A stretch of DNA of 64,000 bases from an uncultured delta proteobacterium (lineage in GTDB: Bacteria > Desulfobacterota > Syntrophia > Syntrophales > UBA2185): NCBI GenBank assembly GCA_963695875.1, contig CAVOID010000009.1:96001-160000 (forward strand), written 5' to 3'. The notes below the pieces were generated by a model, which was not told where the DNA came from, ran no database searches, and worked only from the letters and a program-made list of their open reading frames with translations. A program made the translations under genes and the position numbers. Positions 42,952 to 53,729 of this stretch are shown here, in pieces (within the stretch, counting starts at the first letter, position 1; the number at the start of each line of letters is the position of its first letter).

Positions 42952-43602
42952 ATGGCTAAAACCCTGGAAAAGGAAGTTGTCATACCTGCCGGGAAAATAA
43001 GGCTGCAAGGAATACTAGGCCTGCCTCCGGAGGCGGTCGGTGCGATTGCATTTGCACACGGCAGCGGGAGCGGCAGGCTTAGCCCCAGGAACAATTATGT
43101 CGCCCGGATGTTACAGGACGCCGGTTTAGCAACACTCCTTTTTGATCTTCTGGAAGAATACGAAGAAACGGATCGCAGAAAGGTGTTCGACATCGGGCTT
43201 CTTGCCGAGCGCCTCCTTATCGGTACCCATTGGCTGCAAAATTCACCCGGAACGCGCGGATTAAAGCTGGGCTACTTCGGGGCAAGTACGGGCGCGGCTG
43301 CCGCCCTTCAGGCAGCGGCGCGTGAGCCGGAAGACATCTCTGCCATCGTCTCGCGGGGAGGCCGTCCGGATCTTGCAACAGATTATCTCGACAATGTTAA
43401 AGCCCCCACATTGCTTATCGTGGGAGGCGAAGACAGGCCGGTCATAGCCATGAATAAGGAAGCCTTTAAAAGTCTCAGGGGTGTCAAGGATCTTGTGATC
43501 GTACCGGGAGCGTCACATCTCTTTGAGGAACCCGGCACTCTTGATAAGGCTGCAAGGCTAGCTGTGGATTGGTTTCTAAAATACATAAGTCCAAAGAAAT
43601 GA
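42952..43602 (+). CDS. Alpha/beta hydrolase (dienelactone hydrolase-like)
   Basis: HGSGSGRLSPRN, YFGASTGAA, VSRGGRPDLA, PGASHLFEE. Confidence 0.92.
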   Translation: MAKTLEKEVVIPAGKIRLQGILGLPPEAVGAIAFAHGSGSGRLSPRNNYVARMLQDAGLATLLFDLLEEYEETDRRKVFDIGLLAERLLIGTHWLQNSPGTRGLKLGYFGASTGAAAALQAAAREPEDISAIVSRGGRPDLATDYLDNVKAPTLLIVGGEDRPVIAMNKEAFKSLRGVKDLVIVPGASHLFEEPGTLDKAARLAVDWFLKYISPKK

Positions 43603-43608
43603 ATCCTC

Positions 43609-44844
43609 ATGCGTTTCATTGCAGACCTTCACATCCATTCAAAATATTCAATAGCGACCAGCAAGGATTTATCACCCGAAAATATCTGGAAATGGGCACA
43701 ACTGAAAGGAATCACCGTTATTGGCACAGGGGATTTCACGCATCCTGTCTGGCTTAAGGAATTGAAAGAAAAAATCGAGCCGGCAGGCGATGGATTGTTT
43801 TGCCTGAAAAAAAAGTATCGGTCAAATGACATTCCTGATTCCTGCAATGCCGATGTCGTCTTTCTCCTTTCCGGAGAGATAAGCTGCATTTACAGTAAAA
43901 AGGGGAAGACGCGGAAAATTCACTCCATTATTTTCGTCCGAGACTTTGCGGATGCCGCAAAATTAAATACGGCTCTTTCGAAAATAGGAACCCTTACCGC
44001 TGACGGAAGACCCATACTGAGACTGGATGTGAAAGAACTCTTAAAGATAGCGCTGGATTCATCCGCAGACACCATGCTTGTACCCGCTCATGCATGGACT
44101 CCGCATTTCTCCGTATTCAGCTCAGGATCAGGATTTGATTCCCTTGAAGAATGCTTTGAGGAATTGACACCTAATGTTTACGCCGTGGAAACAGGGCTCT
44201 CCTCAGACCCGGCAATGAACTGGAGACTTTCATTTCTCAAAAGAATAACCCTGATATCCAATTCAGACGCCCATTCACCAAACAAGATAGGACGTGAGGC
44301 AAACATATTTGATACGGAAATCTCTTACAGTGCAATAATGGAAGCGATAAGAACAAGAAGAGGTTTTACAGGCACTATCGAATTCTTCCCGGAAGAAGGG
44401 AAATACTACTACGACGGCCACCGCTCATGCGGGATAAGCATGAATCCTAAAGAAACGGTAAAGCATAACTACCTCTGTCCCGTTTGCGGAAAGAAATTGA
44501 CTGTCGGCGTAATGCACAGGATCGAAATACTTGCAGACAGGAAAAGCGGTTTTAAACCAAAAGGCTCGCCTCTTTTCTATTCCATAATCCCTCTTGATGA
44601 GATTATTGCAGAAACCCTTGATCTTGGCGTAAAGAGCAGGACCGTGAAAAATGAATACATGAAATTGTTACAAAAACTCGGCAGTGAACTAAAAATTCTC
44701 ATGGACCTACCGCTGAAAGACATAGGGGATGCCGGCTCGCCTATTCTTCAGGCAGCAGTCTCGCGCATGCGAGCGGGAAAAGTAAATATCAACCCGGGTT
44801 TTGATGGAGAATACGGGAAAATAGAAATCTTTGACTCATCATAA
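43609..44844 (+). CDS. Endonuclease Q family protein (PHP domain)
   Basis: DLHIHSKYS, GTGDFTHP, PAHAWTP, ETGLSSD, SNSDAHS, CPVCGK, PGFDGEYG. Confidence 0.9.
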   Translation: MRFIADLHIHSKYSIATSKDLSPENIWKWAQLKGITVIGTGDFTHPVWLKELKEKIEPAGDGLFCLKKKYRSNDIPDSCNADVVFLLSGEISCIYSKKGKTRKIHSIIFVRDFADAAKLNTALSKIGTLTADGRPILRLDVKELLKIALDSSADTMLVPAHAWTPHFSVFSSGSGFDSLEECFEELTPNVYAVETGLSSDPAMNWRLSFLKRITLISNSDAHSPNKIGREANIFDTEISYSAIMEAIRTRRGFTGTIEFFPEEGKYYYDGHRSCGISMNPKETVKHNYLCPVCGKKLTVGVMHRIEILADRKSGFKPKGSPLFYSIIPLDEIIAETLDLGVKSRTVKNEYMKLLQKLGSELKILMDLPLKDIGDAGSPILQAAVSRMRAGKVNINPGFDGEYGKIEIFDSS

Positions 44845-44846
44845 CG

Positions 44847-44931
44847 CCCCCTTTTGTAAAGGGGGACTGAGGGGGATTTTTCAATTGGGGTTGAAATAAA
44901 ATCCCCCCTGCCCTCCTTCTAAAAAAGGGTG
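44847..44931. repeat. REP-like inverted repeat pair
   Basis: CCCCCTTTTGTAAAGGGGG-actga-GGGGGATTTT ... AAAATCCCCC-ctg-CCCTCCTTCTAAAAAAGGG. Confidence 0.6.
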
Positions 44932-44966
44932 ACAAACATATAGACAATGAATGAAGGGCACTTGAT

Positions 44967-45623
44967 ATGATTTTCTTTAAGAACAGGCTTGATGCAGGTG
45001 AAAGACTTTCTGCAAAAATTCATCTCAGTGAGGATGACAAAAATCCTATCGTTCTTGGTATCCCGAGAGGCGGGATTTCCGTCGGTTATCCTATCGCGCG
45101 GAAATTGAATTGTCTCTTAGAGCCTATAACGCTCCGCAAGCTGCCTATACCTCAAAATGATCAAATGGGCTTTGGGGCCGTCACCTTAGATAGACATGTA
45201 ATACTAAATAGAAGATTGATCGATTCTGGTTATGTATCAGAAAGAGAAATCGATGCAATCGTGGATGAAGTGTATGAGGAGGTCCTGCGCAGGGATAAAT
45301 TATACCGAGGGTCAAGACCTTTCCCGGAATTGAAAGATCGCTGCGTTGTCATAGTCGACGACGGGCTGGCTACAGGATTTACCATGCTTGCCGCCATACA
45401 GTTCGCAAAAGAGAAAGAAGCCGTGAAAATATTATGTGCAGTTCCTGTTGCCCATGAAAATTCATACCATATGGTCAAGCGGGAGGTCGATTCGATTATA
45501 TGCCTTCATATCGATAGAGGTTACTCCTTTGCAGTCGCATCTTTTTATCAAAGTTTTCCCGATATGCAGGATTCAGAGGTTATCTCGATATTAAAAAAGA
45601 TACATCATGAGGACGTGAAGTGA
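44967..45623 (+). CDS. Phosphoribosyltransferase family protein (second paralog)
   Basis: FKNRLDAG, GIPRGG, IVDDGLATGFTM, AVASFY. Confidence 0.92.
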   Translation: MIFFKNRLDAGERLSAKIHLSEDDKNPIVLGIPRGGISVGYPIARKLNCLLEPITLRKLPIPQNDQMGFGAVTLDRHVILNRRLIDSGYVSEREIDAIVDEVYEEVLRRDKLYRGSRPFPELKDRCVVIVDDGLATGFTMLAAIQFAKEKEAVKILCAVPVAHENSYHMVKREVDSIICLHIDRGYSFAVASFYQSFPDMQDSEVISILKKIHHEDVK

Positions 45624-45969
45624 TGTTCCGGTCCAAATTATTTCATATCCATCTTGTTTAACGATACACCATGTTGCGGGTTCAAATATCACTATTACAG
45701 CCACCGTAATATTTTCTAGATTCTTCTGAATGAACGTATGTTGAAAGGCATCGCCCGCAACTAGACAACTAGCCCTACCGGAATAAATCAGCTGTATTGA
45801 ACCCGGGGCAAGCCCCGGAGCAAATTCCCACGCGAGCCCCCATTAAAAATGAATCAAAGACCCTTTGGTTTTTTTCATCAGCTCATGGTCAGTGCCGTAC
45901 TTATAAGTGAGGACTTCATCAGAAGGAGAGCTAAGCCATAAAAAATTCACTTGACAGAATAATCGGTAT

Positions 45970-45996
45970 GTGTTACTAATATATATATCGTAACAC
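45970..45996. promoter_or_regulatory. NikR operator overlapping the promoter of the Ni-uptake operon
   Basis: Perfect palindrome GTGTTAC-N13-GTAACAC; TTGACA at 45951; extra half-site GTGTTAC at 46021. Confidence 0.85.
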
Positions 45997-46201
45997 GATT
46001 GCTGTATACATTTGATAATCGTGTTACTGATCTCATCCGCTCGGCTATTTCTTATTATTTATGCCCGGAGGTACGGTTGACATTATCTCCAAAGCATAAT
46101 CTTGATATTAGTAAAATTGCGGTGCAGGGAATGTTCACCAAATGTTTTTTCATGTCTGCGAGTTGGTTCTCTGAGCAGATGACAGATACAGGGGTTTACT
46201 A

Positions 46202-47611
46202 ATGCACATACCGGATGGTTATTTGGGACCTGCTACATATGGAACGATGTTTGGTATCATGGTTCCTCTCTGGGCGATCGCATCGAAAAAAGTGAAACAA
46301 GCGGTTAAAGCGGCGCAGGTACCTTACCTGGCAATGGGGGCGGTATTCAGCCTGGTGATTATGATGTTTGCCCTGCCGATACCGGGCGGTACAACGGGAC
46401 ATATGTCGGGGGCTACGCTCGTCGCTATCCTTTTGGGACCATGGTCGGCACTGATGGCAGTCTCTATCTCATTGATTATCCAGGCCCTTGTCATGGGGGA
46501 TGGGGGAATCACGGCGATCGGGGCAAACTGCTTCAATATCGCCTTCATCGGTTCGTTCGTCGGATTTTGGATATACAAACTCATCACCAAGACCGGAGAG
46601 TTTGCCACTGTTGGAAAGGTACTTGACTCTAAAGAAAGGGCCGGCCCTTCTCTCCTTCTGCGTCTATTCGCTGCCGGGACGGCATCGTATCTTGCCCTTA
46701 ACCTTGGCGCCCTCGCTGCGGCAGTGCAGCTTGGCATCCAGCCTCTGCTGTATGCCGGATCCGCAACAGGCGCCTTTTACTTCCCGTACCCACTGAAGTA
46801 TACCCTACCGGCTTTGATGATCCCCCACCTTACGATGGTCGGCGCGCTGGAGGTAACGGGTACCGTACTTGTCCTGATATTCTTGAGCAAAACGGAGGCG
46901 TACATGAAAGGAATCACGAAACTGACTATGTTCTGTATATTAGCGACGGCAATCCTGGCCGCCAGCGCGGCATTGGCTCATGACTACTGGATAGAAAAGA
47001 AGGGAAATGGTTACGTCGTAGTATACGGCCATGGCGAGCAGCGAACAGAATATGATCCTTCCACCGTGAAGAAGGTTACTGTTCTTAACGCCGACGGCAA
47101 ACCCGTCGAATTCAGGAAAGAGACGCAGGGAAAAGTCCTTATGATACAGCCCTCAGGGCCTGCCGCACTGATCCTCGTGGACCTCGACAGCGGCTATTGG
47201 TCGAAGACCATCTATGGCTGGAAGAATCTGCCCAAGCGAAAGGCGTCCCGGGTAGTAGAGGCGCTTCGTTCCTACCACTACTCCAAGTCCATCATCTCTT
47301 GGGGAGAATATGTCCGGAAACCGGTAGCGGGGGTTAAGCTTGACATCGTTCCTCAAAAGAACCCTTTTGATTTCACAACAGGAGGAGTGCTGCCGTTGAA
47401 GGTGTACTTCGGCGACAAGCCTTTGGCCGGAGCAACGATTGAGGGAGACCACGAGATAGTGGCCGTCACCGATAAAGATGGCATGGCGAAGGTGCCCATC
47501 AGGAAAGGTCGTCAGCTCCTTACCGTTGAGCATAAGGAGCCGATCAAGGGCGACCCGGATGCGGACTTTATGTCCGTCACTACCACTCTAACCTTCGAGG
47601 TGAAAAAATGA
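46202..47611 (+). CDS. cbiM: ECF-type Ni/Co S component CbiM/NikM fused in frame to an exported DUF4198-like protein (internal start 46904)
   Basis: N-terminal MHIPDGYL, GTTGHMSG, GDGGITAIGAN; second module with its own GGAGG, signal peptide and AHDYWI. Confidence 0.85.
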   Translation: MHIPDGYLGPATYGTMFGIMVPLWAIASKKVKQAVKAAQVPYLAMGAVFSLVIMMFALPIPGGTTGHMSGATLVAILLGPWSALMAVSISLIIQALVMGDGGITAIGANCFNIAFIGSFVGFWIYKLITKTGEFATVGKVLDSKERAGPSLLLRLFAAGTASYLALNLGALAAAVQLGIQPLLYAGSATGAFYFPYPLKYTLPALMIPHLTMVGALEVTGTVLVLIFLSKTEAYMKGITKLTMFCILATAILAASAALAHDYWIEKKGNGYVVVYGHGEQRTEYDPSTVKKVTVLNADGKPVEFRKETQGKVLMIQPSGPAALILVDLDSGYWSKTIYGWKNLPKRKASRVVEALRSYHYSKSIISWGEYVRKPVAGVKLDIVPQKNPFDFTTGGVLPLKVYFGDKPLAGATIEGDHEIVAVTDKDGMAKVPIRKGRQLLTVEHKEPIKGDPDADFMSVTTTLTFEVKK

Positions 47612-48084
47612 ACAGGCTGCCTTCATATACATTCCTGATTATCGTCCTTCTCGTCATGGGCATCTCTGTCCAGGCAGAAGCTCATTCCATCAACTATCTC
47701 GTCGAGCAGAAAGGTATGGCTATCAGGGCCTATTACTCTGAGAATGACCCCGCAGCTTACTCTCAGTATGAGCTATACGGGCCCGGCGATAAGGAACCGC
47801 ATCAGACAGGACGTACGGACAAAAACGGCTACGTCGCCTTCGTGCCGGATCGTCCGGGGATCTGGAAACTTCAGGTATGGGGGGAATCGAGCCATGGCTA
47901 CCATGGCGTGACTACGGAGATCAATGTAGATAAGAACCTGGGCCTCGAGTCTTTCAGCAAACCGCTCGTCGCGACATACACGAAATTCGTGACGGGCATC
48001 AGTCTCATCATCGGTCTCTTCGGGCTGTATGCCTTATGGCTGTCCCGCAGACGGAAATCAGCGCAGGACACCGGTAATCAATAA
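47608..48084 (+). CDS. CbiL/NikL-like accessory protein
   Basis: Signal peptide with mature His (AEA-HSI), QTGRTDKNG..FVPDRPG.W, C-terminal TM. Confidence 0.7.
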   Translation: MNRLPSYTFLIIVLLVMGISVQAEAHSINYLVEQKGMAIRAYYSENDPAAYSQYELYGPGDKEPHQTGRTDKNGYVAFVPDRPGIWKLQVWGESSHGYHGVTTEINVDKNLGLESFSKPLVATYTKFVTGISLIIGLFGLYALWLSRRRKSAQDTGNQ

Positions 48085-48103
48085 ATAAGAAGGAGTTTAA
48101 TTA

Positions 48104-49099
48104 TTGAAGAAGAGAATTGTTATGAAGAAATGGTTCATGATCACCGCCTTCAGCCTGCTTCTTGGTCCAGCGAATGCCTGGGCGCACCACGGAGGAGTCT
48201 CCCTGGCCTTTGGTCCCGGCAGCCCGATTGAAACCAGCTCCCCTCTTACCCTTCCCGAAGGAGGTTTCGTCACCGGAGCTCGTTTGGAGCAGGTGGAGTG
48301 GAATAAATATGACTTTGCGGAGCCGAACAACAAGTCATCCTTCACGTTTCTCAATGTGAACATGAGCTACGGTTTCACTCCTGCCTTTATGGGCACGGTG
48401 ATTGTTCCGTATTACATCAAACGTCAGGACGGTTTCGGTGAGAACGAGGGGCTTGCAGACATTAAGTTGCAGGGCACCTACGGTTTCCATTACGACCCGG
48501 GGGTCGGGTTCTCACGAAACAGGGCTGAAGATACGGCCGTTACACTTGAAGGGAAGAAGCGGATCTACATGGCCGTTTCCTTCATGATGAGCTTGCCAAC
48601 CGGCGCCTACCACAAACAACTTGGCGGCGAGGTTGATCCGGCAATGCAGCCCGGTTTCGGCGCTCCCTCCTACACCCTGAATGTTTCAGCGGCCCGGGCT
48701 TTTGGCTCCTTAACACTAAACGCGGATTTGGGAGCCGACTTCTTCACTGCGCGGGAAAATTTCCAGTTCGGCACGGAGATGCGGGCCAATCTGGCCGGCG
48801 TTTATGAGCTGTACGGCAATACGAGCAGTTTTCTCTCTAAGCTGGACGGCATCCTGGAGCTGAACTTCCTGCACCTCGAACGGGATCAGGAAAACGGCAT
48901 AGGTGTGGAAGCGTCAGGGGGGAACATCCTCTATCTCTCACCCGGGGTGCGTCTTTCCTTCCCATCACTCCAAAACGCCAATCTGGGACTGCTGGTGAAG
49001 CTGCCGGTATGGAAAAATCTGAAAGAGCAGGATCAGCAGCAGGGTTCCGAGGGTCTCGAAAAGTACAGGCTCATCGTAACCCTGTCGTTCTACTTCTAA
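48104..49099 (+). CDS. Putative outer-membrane beta-barrel channel with mature N-terminal HHGG
   Basis: Signal peptide ANAWA-HHGG, amphipathic strands, LPTG motif, terminal SFYF. Confidence 0.7.
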   Translation: MKKRIVMKKWFMITAFSLLLGPANAWAHHGGVSLAFGPGSPIETSSPLTLPEGGFVTGARLEQVEWNKYDFAEPNNKSSFTFLNVNMSYGFTPAFMGTVIVPYYIKRQDGFGENEGLADIKLQGTYGFHYDPGVGFSRNRAEDTAVTLEGKKRIYMAVSFMMSLPTGAYHKQLGGEVDPAMQPGFGAPSYTLNVSAARAFGSLTLNADLGADFFTARENFQFGTEMRANLAGVYELYGNTSSFLSKLDGILELNFLHLERDQENGIGVEASGGNILYLSPGVRLSFPSLQNANLGLLVKLPVWKNLKEQDQQQGSEGLEKYRLIVTLSFYF

Positions 49100-49243
49100 C
49101 GGTATCAGGCCGGGCTGTACCGGTTCTCAGAACAGAAAAATGAAATAACACGCCATGATCAAAAAAAGTCTTCTTAGGCGACATCAAGGAATTGGAAAAA
49201 GAAGTAGATCGTCTATCCTGCTTATTGCTCGGCATAAAAAGTA

Positions 49244-50092
49244 TCAAGACTTAAGGTAGCTGTGGAGGCCGGGCAGGTAATTGACGCCAAGGTATGTGAA
49301 CAGCACACAGGCAAACCCGATGATGGCCATAAGGGCTATGCGTTTGCCCCGCCACTCTCTCACTAATCGTACATGCAGCATGGTCGCATAGACAAGCCAT
49401 GTAATCAATGACCATGTCTCTTTCGGATCCCAGCTCCAGTAAGACCCCCACGCATAATGGGCCCAGACAGACCCCGTTATAATCCCCAACGTCAAAAGAA
49501 CGAATCCAAGAGCCGTGCTCTGATAGATAAGTTCATCCAGAATGCTCCTTGCCGGCAGAAAGCGAAGCATTGACCCTGAGCGACTTCCCGCATGCCGATC
49601 AAGATTCTTTATAAAATACATGATACCAAGGCCGCATGCGATGGCAAAAGCGGCATATCCCATGAAACAGGTCATTACATGGCTTGTAAGCCAGTTACTC
49701 TGGAGCGCCGGGATCAGTGGCTGTATCCGGCTGTTTATATTGGGTGACAGGGAAGCAAAGGCCATGGCAAGAAATGCAACGGGAACAACAAATGTGCCCA
49801 GGCTTTTGTTTTTGATCCGCCACTCGAAAACCAGATAGAGCAGGACAATGGACCATGCAAAAAAAATCAAAGATTCATAGAAATTGGACAGGGGTGCATG
49901 ACCGATTCCCATTCTGTAGGATTCCATCCATCGAAGGATGAGTGCCACTGTCTGTGCCGTAAGACCAACAAAAGCTGTAATTGACGCCAGACGGCCCCAG
50001 ATATCCTCACCCCTGATCATCCTGATGAAGTATAAAACAAAGGCTGCAAGATAGATGAAGGTAACCCAGCTTAGAATGGCGGTATTGATCAT
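49244..50092 (-). CDS. ccsA: System II cytochrome c biogenesis protein CcsA/ResC
   Basis: WAHYAWGSYWSWDPKETW WWD motif, PALQSNWL, GLHSY. Confidence 0.95.
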   Translation of the reverse strand: MINTAILSWVTFIYLAAFVLYFIRMIRGEDIWGRLASITAFVGLTAQTVALILRWMESYRMGIGHAPLSNFYESLIFFAWSIVLLYLVFEWRIKNKSLGTFVVPVAFLAMAFASLSPNINSRIQPLIPALQSNWLTSHVMTCFMGYAAFAIACGLGIMYFIKNLDRHAGSRSGSMLRFLPARSILDELIYQSTALGFVLLTLGIITGSVWAHYAWGSYWSWDPKETWSLITWLVYATMLHVRLVREWRGKRIALMAIIGFACVLFTYLGVNYLPGLHSYLKS

Positions 50093-51533
50093 GAATTCGA
50101 CACTCCTGAATTTTGTATCTCTTCAATCAGGCTTGTTATTTCCCGTTCAAGACCGACCGGATCTTTATTGGTTTTACCGGCGATGCTGATTCGCGTGTTT
50201 GGTCCCTGTCTGTCGATCCTGATCCAAACCTGCCGGTGAGCATAAAAAAAGACAGTCATAAAACCGATAACAAGAAGGAAAGAACCGGCAATAACAACAG
50301 GGACACCCGGGTCCCGTGTTACCTGCAACCCCGTATAATATTTCGTTTGAATCATGGCAAGGGAAAAGACATACGGGGCAAAAATGCCCGGATTAAATAT
50401 CGGTACACGGTCTATGAGGCCGGGATTTTCCTCTATGATCTGTTCGATGTTCTGGAAAACCCATAATTGGAATTTTCCCTTTGCCGACTTTATATCGATC
50501 TTAACCGCGGGTCCGATCCGCATGAAGTTTTCCTCCATGCGGATAATCTTCGCTTTTCCATCCTTTCCCGGCAGATCAAACTCTGTACCAATACGAACCC
50601 TGATTACATGCGCCTTTTCGCGTCCTTTATCGGATGCCGATGACCGCATCACCCGATGGCATCGTACCGAAATTTGCCTGATAAAACCGGATTCCTTCAA
50701 TGGTTGCGGGATGATTGACAAATATCGGCCCCTGCTGAAGAATACTGCCGTTCCGTGAAAAAGTGAGGTCCGAACGATACATCTTTCGGCGTGCCATCCT
50801 CATAATAGTCTATGGAAAAGCGATCACAGCGTACGGCAAAATCAAGTTTTTTAAAACCCGTTTCTCCCTTGAGCTGAACTTTATCTGCCGAGTCCCCTTC
50901 AGCAATCTCAACGTAGGCATCAAAACCGAAGAGGAACCCGATGATTATGCCTGTCAGAATAATCAGAACACTGAAATGAACCAGATAGACCCCGAAATAC
51001 GAAAAATTTCCCTTTTCGCCGGTTATGAAGGTGCCTTCTTCCGTATCCTCTCTACATATACCTTTATATTTCTTCTTCAAAAGATTCTGGAGTCTCAGTG
51101 CCTCCTCATTGCGAGGTTTTTCGACGAGAATGACCCGGTCTGAAGGCAGGTCCCTGAAAATCTCTGTTTCATCGGGGACGGATGTTTTGCGGGAAAGCTT
51201 CCAGGAAGCAGGCAGTCGATTCGCCGAACAGACAATCAGATTAACGGAAAGGAGTATCATGAGGCTGACAAACCACGTGGAATGGAAAATATTGAACAAT
51301 TGCAGCTCCCGAAAAACGGCGACCATACCGGGACTGAGATGGCTGGTAAATATATCAGCCTCCTGCTGAGGTATTATGGTGCCTAAAATAGAGGCAATGG
51401 ATATGATGATTAACAGTACAATTGTCAGTTTTACGGAGGATAAAAGAGACCGGAAACTTATTTTTCGTCTTCGCATTACTGAATTCCTCGCCTGCATTTG
51501 CTCCCGTATTAATCTGTTGCCGTGTTCATTCAA
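50089..51533 (-). CDS. resB: Cytochrome c biogenesis protein ResB/Ccs1, two +1 frameshifts (~50781, ~50630)
   Basis: LSSVKLTI..GTIIPQ, FHSTWF, YLVHFSV, VNHP (shifted frame), YTGLQVTRDPG. Confidence 0.88.
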
Positions 51534-51758
51534 GGATATTTCACGGCTATTGGAGATTGATTACATCCGGAAGAATCATTCTTGCTTTTATTACATCTTG
51601 TTAAAAAAATCGACGATCTTTTTTCGATTCATCCGTTCTCTTATCCATACTAAGACATTTTGATGTTCAAAATCAGTAATTTCACGGATTGTGTATATTT
51701 AAAGTATAGAATAACTATGACAATGAGGTTTTGTACGAAAAGAAAGGAGAAGGTTTAT

Positions 51759-52725
51759 ATGAAGAAAAGATTATCTTTAATACAGGTTATAATATTCGCT
51801 GTTAGTATGTCTATGCTGATAATACCGGCAATGATTCATGCCCAATCAGAGGGTCCGCCGCCGATAGGACAGCAATTAGTCCGTGAAGGCACTTTCGCAG
51901 TCAGGCTGGAGTTCACATTAGGCGTGGGAACAAGCAGAAGATGAGGTTGAAGCCGAGAGCCGGCTCGGAGAGGTAGGTATCACACCGCGAAACGGTTGGA
52001 TTGCCGATTACCCGGTTACACCCGATATCCTCGGCGAGTTACAGAAAGCGGTAAGCGATGCCGCAGAAGCCAACAAGTTATCAATGAGCAAGGACGAGGC
52101 TCTAAAAAGATTTAATGAGGTTGCCGCTGATTTCACCTTACCGGTCATCCCCCATGCAGAAGGCCAAACCTACGGAACCGAAACCTCCGGTGCTGAAAAT
52201 TATCCGGATCCAACAGAAATAAACAATTATTATAAGGATGAAGGACCGCCGGTGGTAACATACTATGTTCCACCGCCCGATTACTATTACTTGTATGCCT
52301 GGGTCCCTTATCCGTTCTGGTGCTGCGGTTTCTGGTTTCCCGGATTTTTTGTCCTGCATGATTTCCACAGGCACATTATCGTGAACGGGAGAGGGTTCTT
52401 TGTTTCAAATCATTTCAATGATATCAACAGGCACAGGGTTTTCCGGATTGACCCTGTGACGAGATTTAGCGGCAGAACCTTTGCCGGCATCGGGGTATCT
52501 CGTACAAAGGGTTTTATCTCTACGGGCGTTCCAGGAAGCGCCAGAACAATCTTTCATGCACCACGTGAACGGATGGCGCCAGGCGGCAGAATGGTCAGCC
52601 CGTCCTCCCGCGGCGGCAAAATAGTCAAACGGCCCTCGGGTGGCGGCAGAACGTCCAGTCCGCATACCGGTGAAAGCCGATCGTTCAGCCCACCCGGTGG
52701 TGGTGGCGGCGGCATGAGAAGATAA
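51759..52725 (+). CDS. Exported protein with Tyr/Pro-rich motif and Gly/Arg-rich tail, +1 frameshift near 51937
   Basis: Signal peptide after AGGAG; continues EVEAESRLGEVGITPRNGWIADYPVTPD into ORF 52084..52725. Confidence 0.7.
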
Positions 52726-52753
52726 CAAGCGGACATTATGCCTGATATCAATC

Positions 52754-52782
52754 GCAGAAGCGCCGGGATATGGCGCTTCTGC
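52754..52782. terminator. Hairpin between convergent genes
   Basis: GCAGAAGCGCC-N7-GGCGCTTCTGC. Confidence 0.6.
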
Positions 52783-52795
52783 CCTGTGTTTTATG

Positions 52796-53602
52796 CTATT
52801 TCGCGAAAATCTGTTTCAAGAACTTCTTTAGTTCCTCCCACGATTTTTTATCGGCTTCACGGTTGTACGCGATCGGCATTTTGAACTTCTTGCCTAATTC
52901 ATCCGCGTCCGGATTAGTGAAGCTGTGAACAGCTCCCGGATAGGAGATAAACCGGAAATCGACGCCGGCATTTTTCATCTCCTGTTTGAAAGCCTCAATC
53001 TGTTCTTTCGTTATGAACTTATCATCAGCACCATTAAGAACCAGGACCTTTGCCTTGACAGAGCCGGGCTGAGCAGGCTTGACGGCGGTCAGACCCCCGT
53101 GAAAGCTTGCAACCCCCCTGAGATCAACTCCCTGCCGTGCCATGTTGAGCACAACGCCGCCGCCAAAGCAGTAGCCAATGGCTGCGATCCGCGTGGGGTC
53201 GACGGTGGGCTCACTTTTCAGCAGGTTCATTCCTGCAATGAAGCGTTCCTTTCCGACATCAAAATTTTTCATTAGCTCTGATGAAAATTTTCCTGCATCA
53301 TCGGGATGTGCCGCCGTCTTTCCCTCACCATACATGTCCAGGGCAAGGGCGGTATATCCCAGCTCTGCCAGCATCCGTGCCCGCTTGCGGGCATAGTCAT
53401 TGAGTCCCCACCATTCATGAACCACCAAAACTCCGGGGCGTTTGCCTTCGATATTCTCATCGTAGGCCAGGTAACCCTTCATTTGTACATCCTGTACATT
53501 ATACTTTACGTCCATCCCTTTAATTTTGGCTTCCGCGGCAGCAAAACCCGCCATGCCCAAAATCAATGCAGAAACAATAAGCATCCTTGATAACCTTTTC
53601 AT
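52796..53602 (-). CDS. Exported dienelactone hydrolase family protein
   Basis: HEWWGLN, GYCFGG nucleophile, YPGAVHSF; signal peptide. Confidence 0.93.
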   Translation of the reverse strand: MKRLSRMLIVSALILGMAGFAAAEAKIKGMDVKYNVQDVQMKGYLAYDENIEGKRPGVLVVHEWWGLNDYARKRARMLAELGYTALALDMYGEGKTAAHPDDAGKFSSELMKNFDVGKERFIAGMNLLKSEPTVDPTRIAAIGYCFGGGVVLNMARQGVDLRGVASFHGGLTAVKPAQPGSVKAKVLVLNGADDKFITKEQIEAFKQEMKNAGVDFRFISYPGAVHSFTNPDADELGKKFKMPIAYNREADKKSWEELKKFLKQIFAK

Positions 53603-53729
53603 GGCATCCTCCTTTTGGTTTAATTCAATAAGATTTGGACTTTTTTGCGGCGACGCCTCAAAAAGAGGCCTTAGTCGAATTGACCCTGAGTGAACAAAGC
53701 GAGTCGCAGGGCCTTATGTCCTCGCCGAT

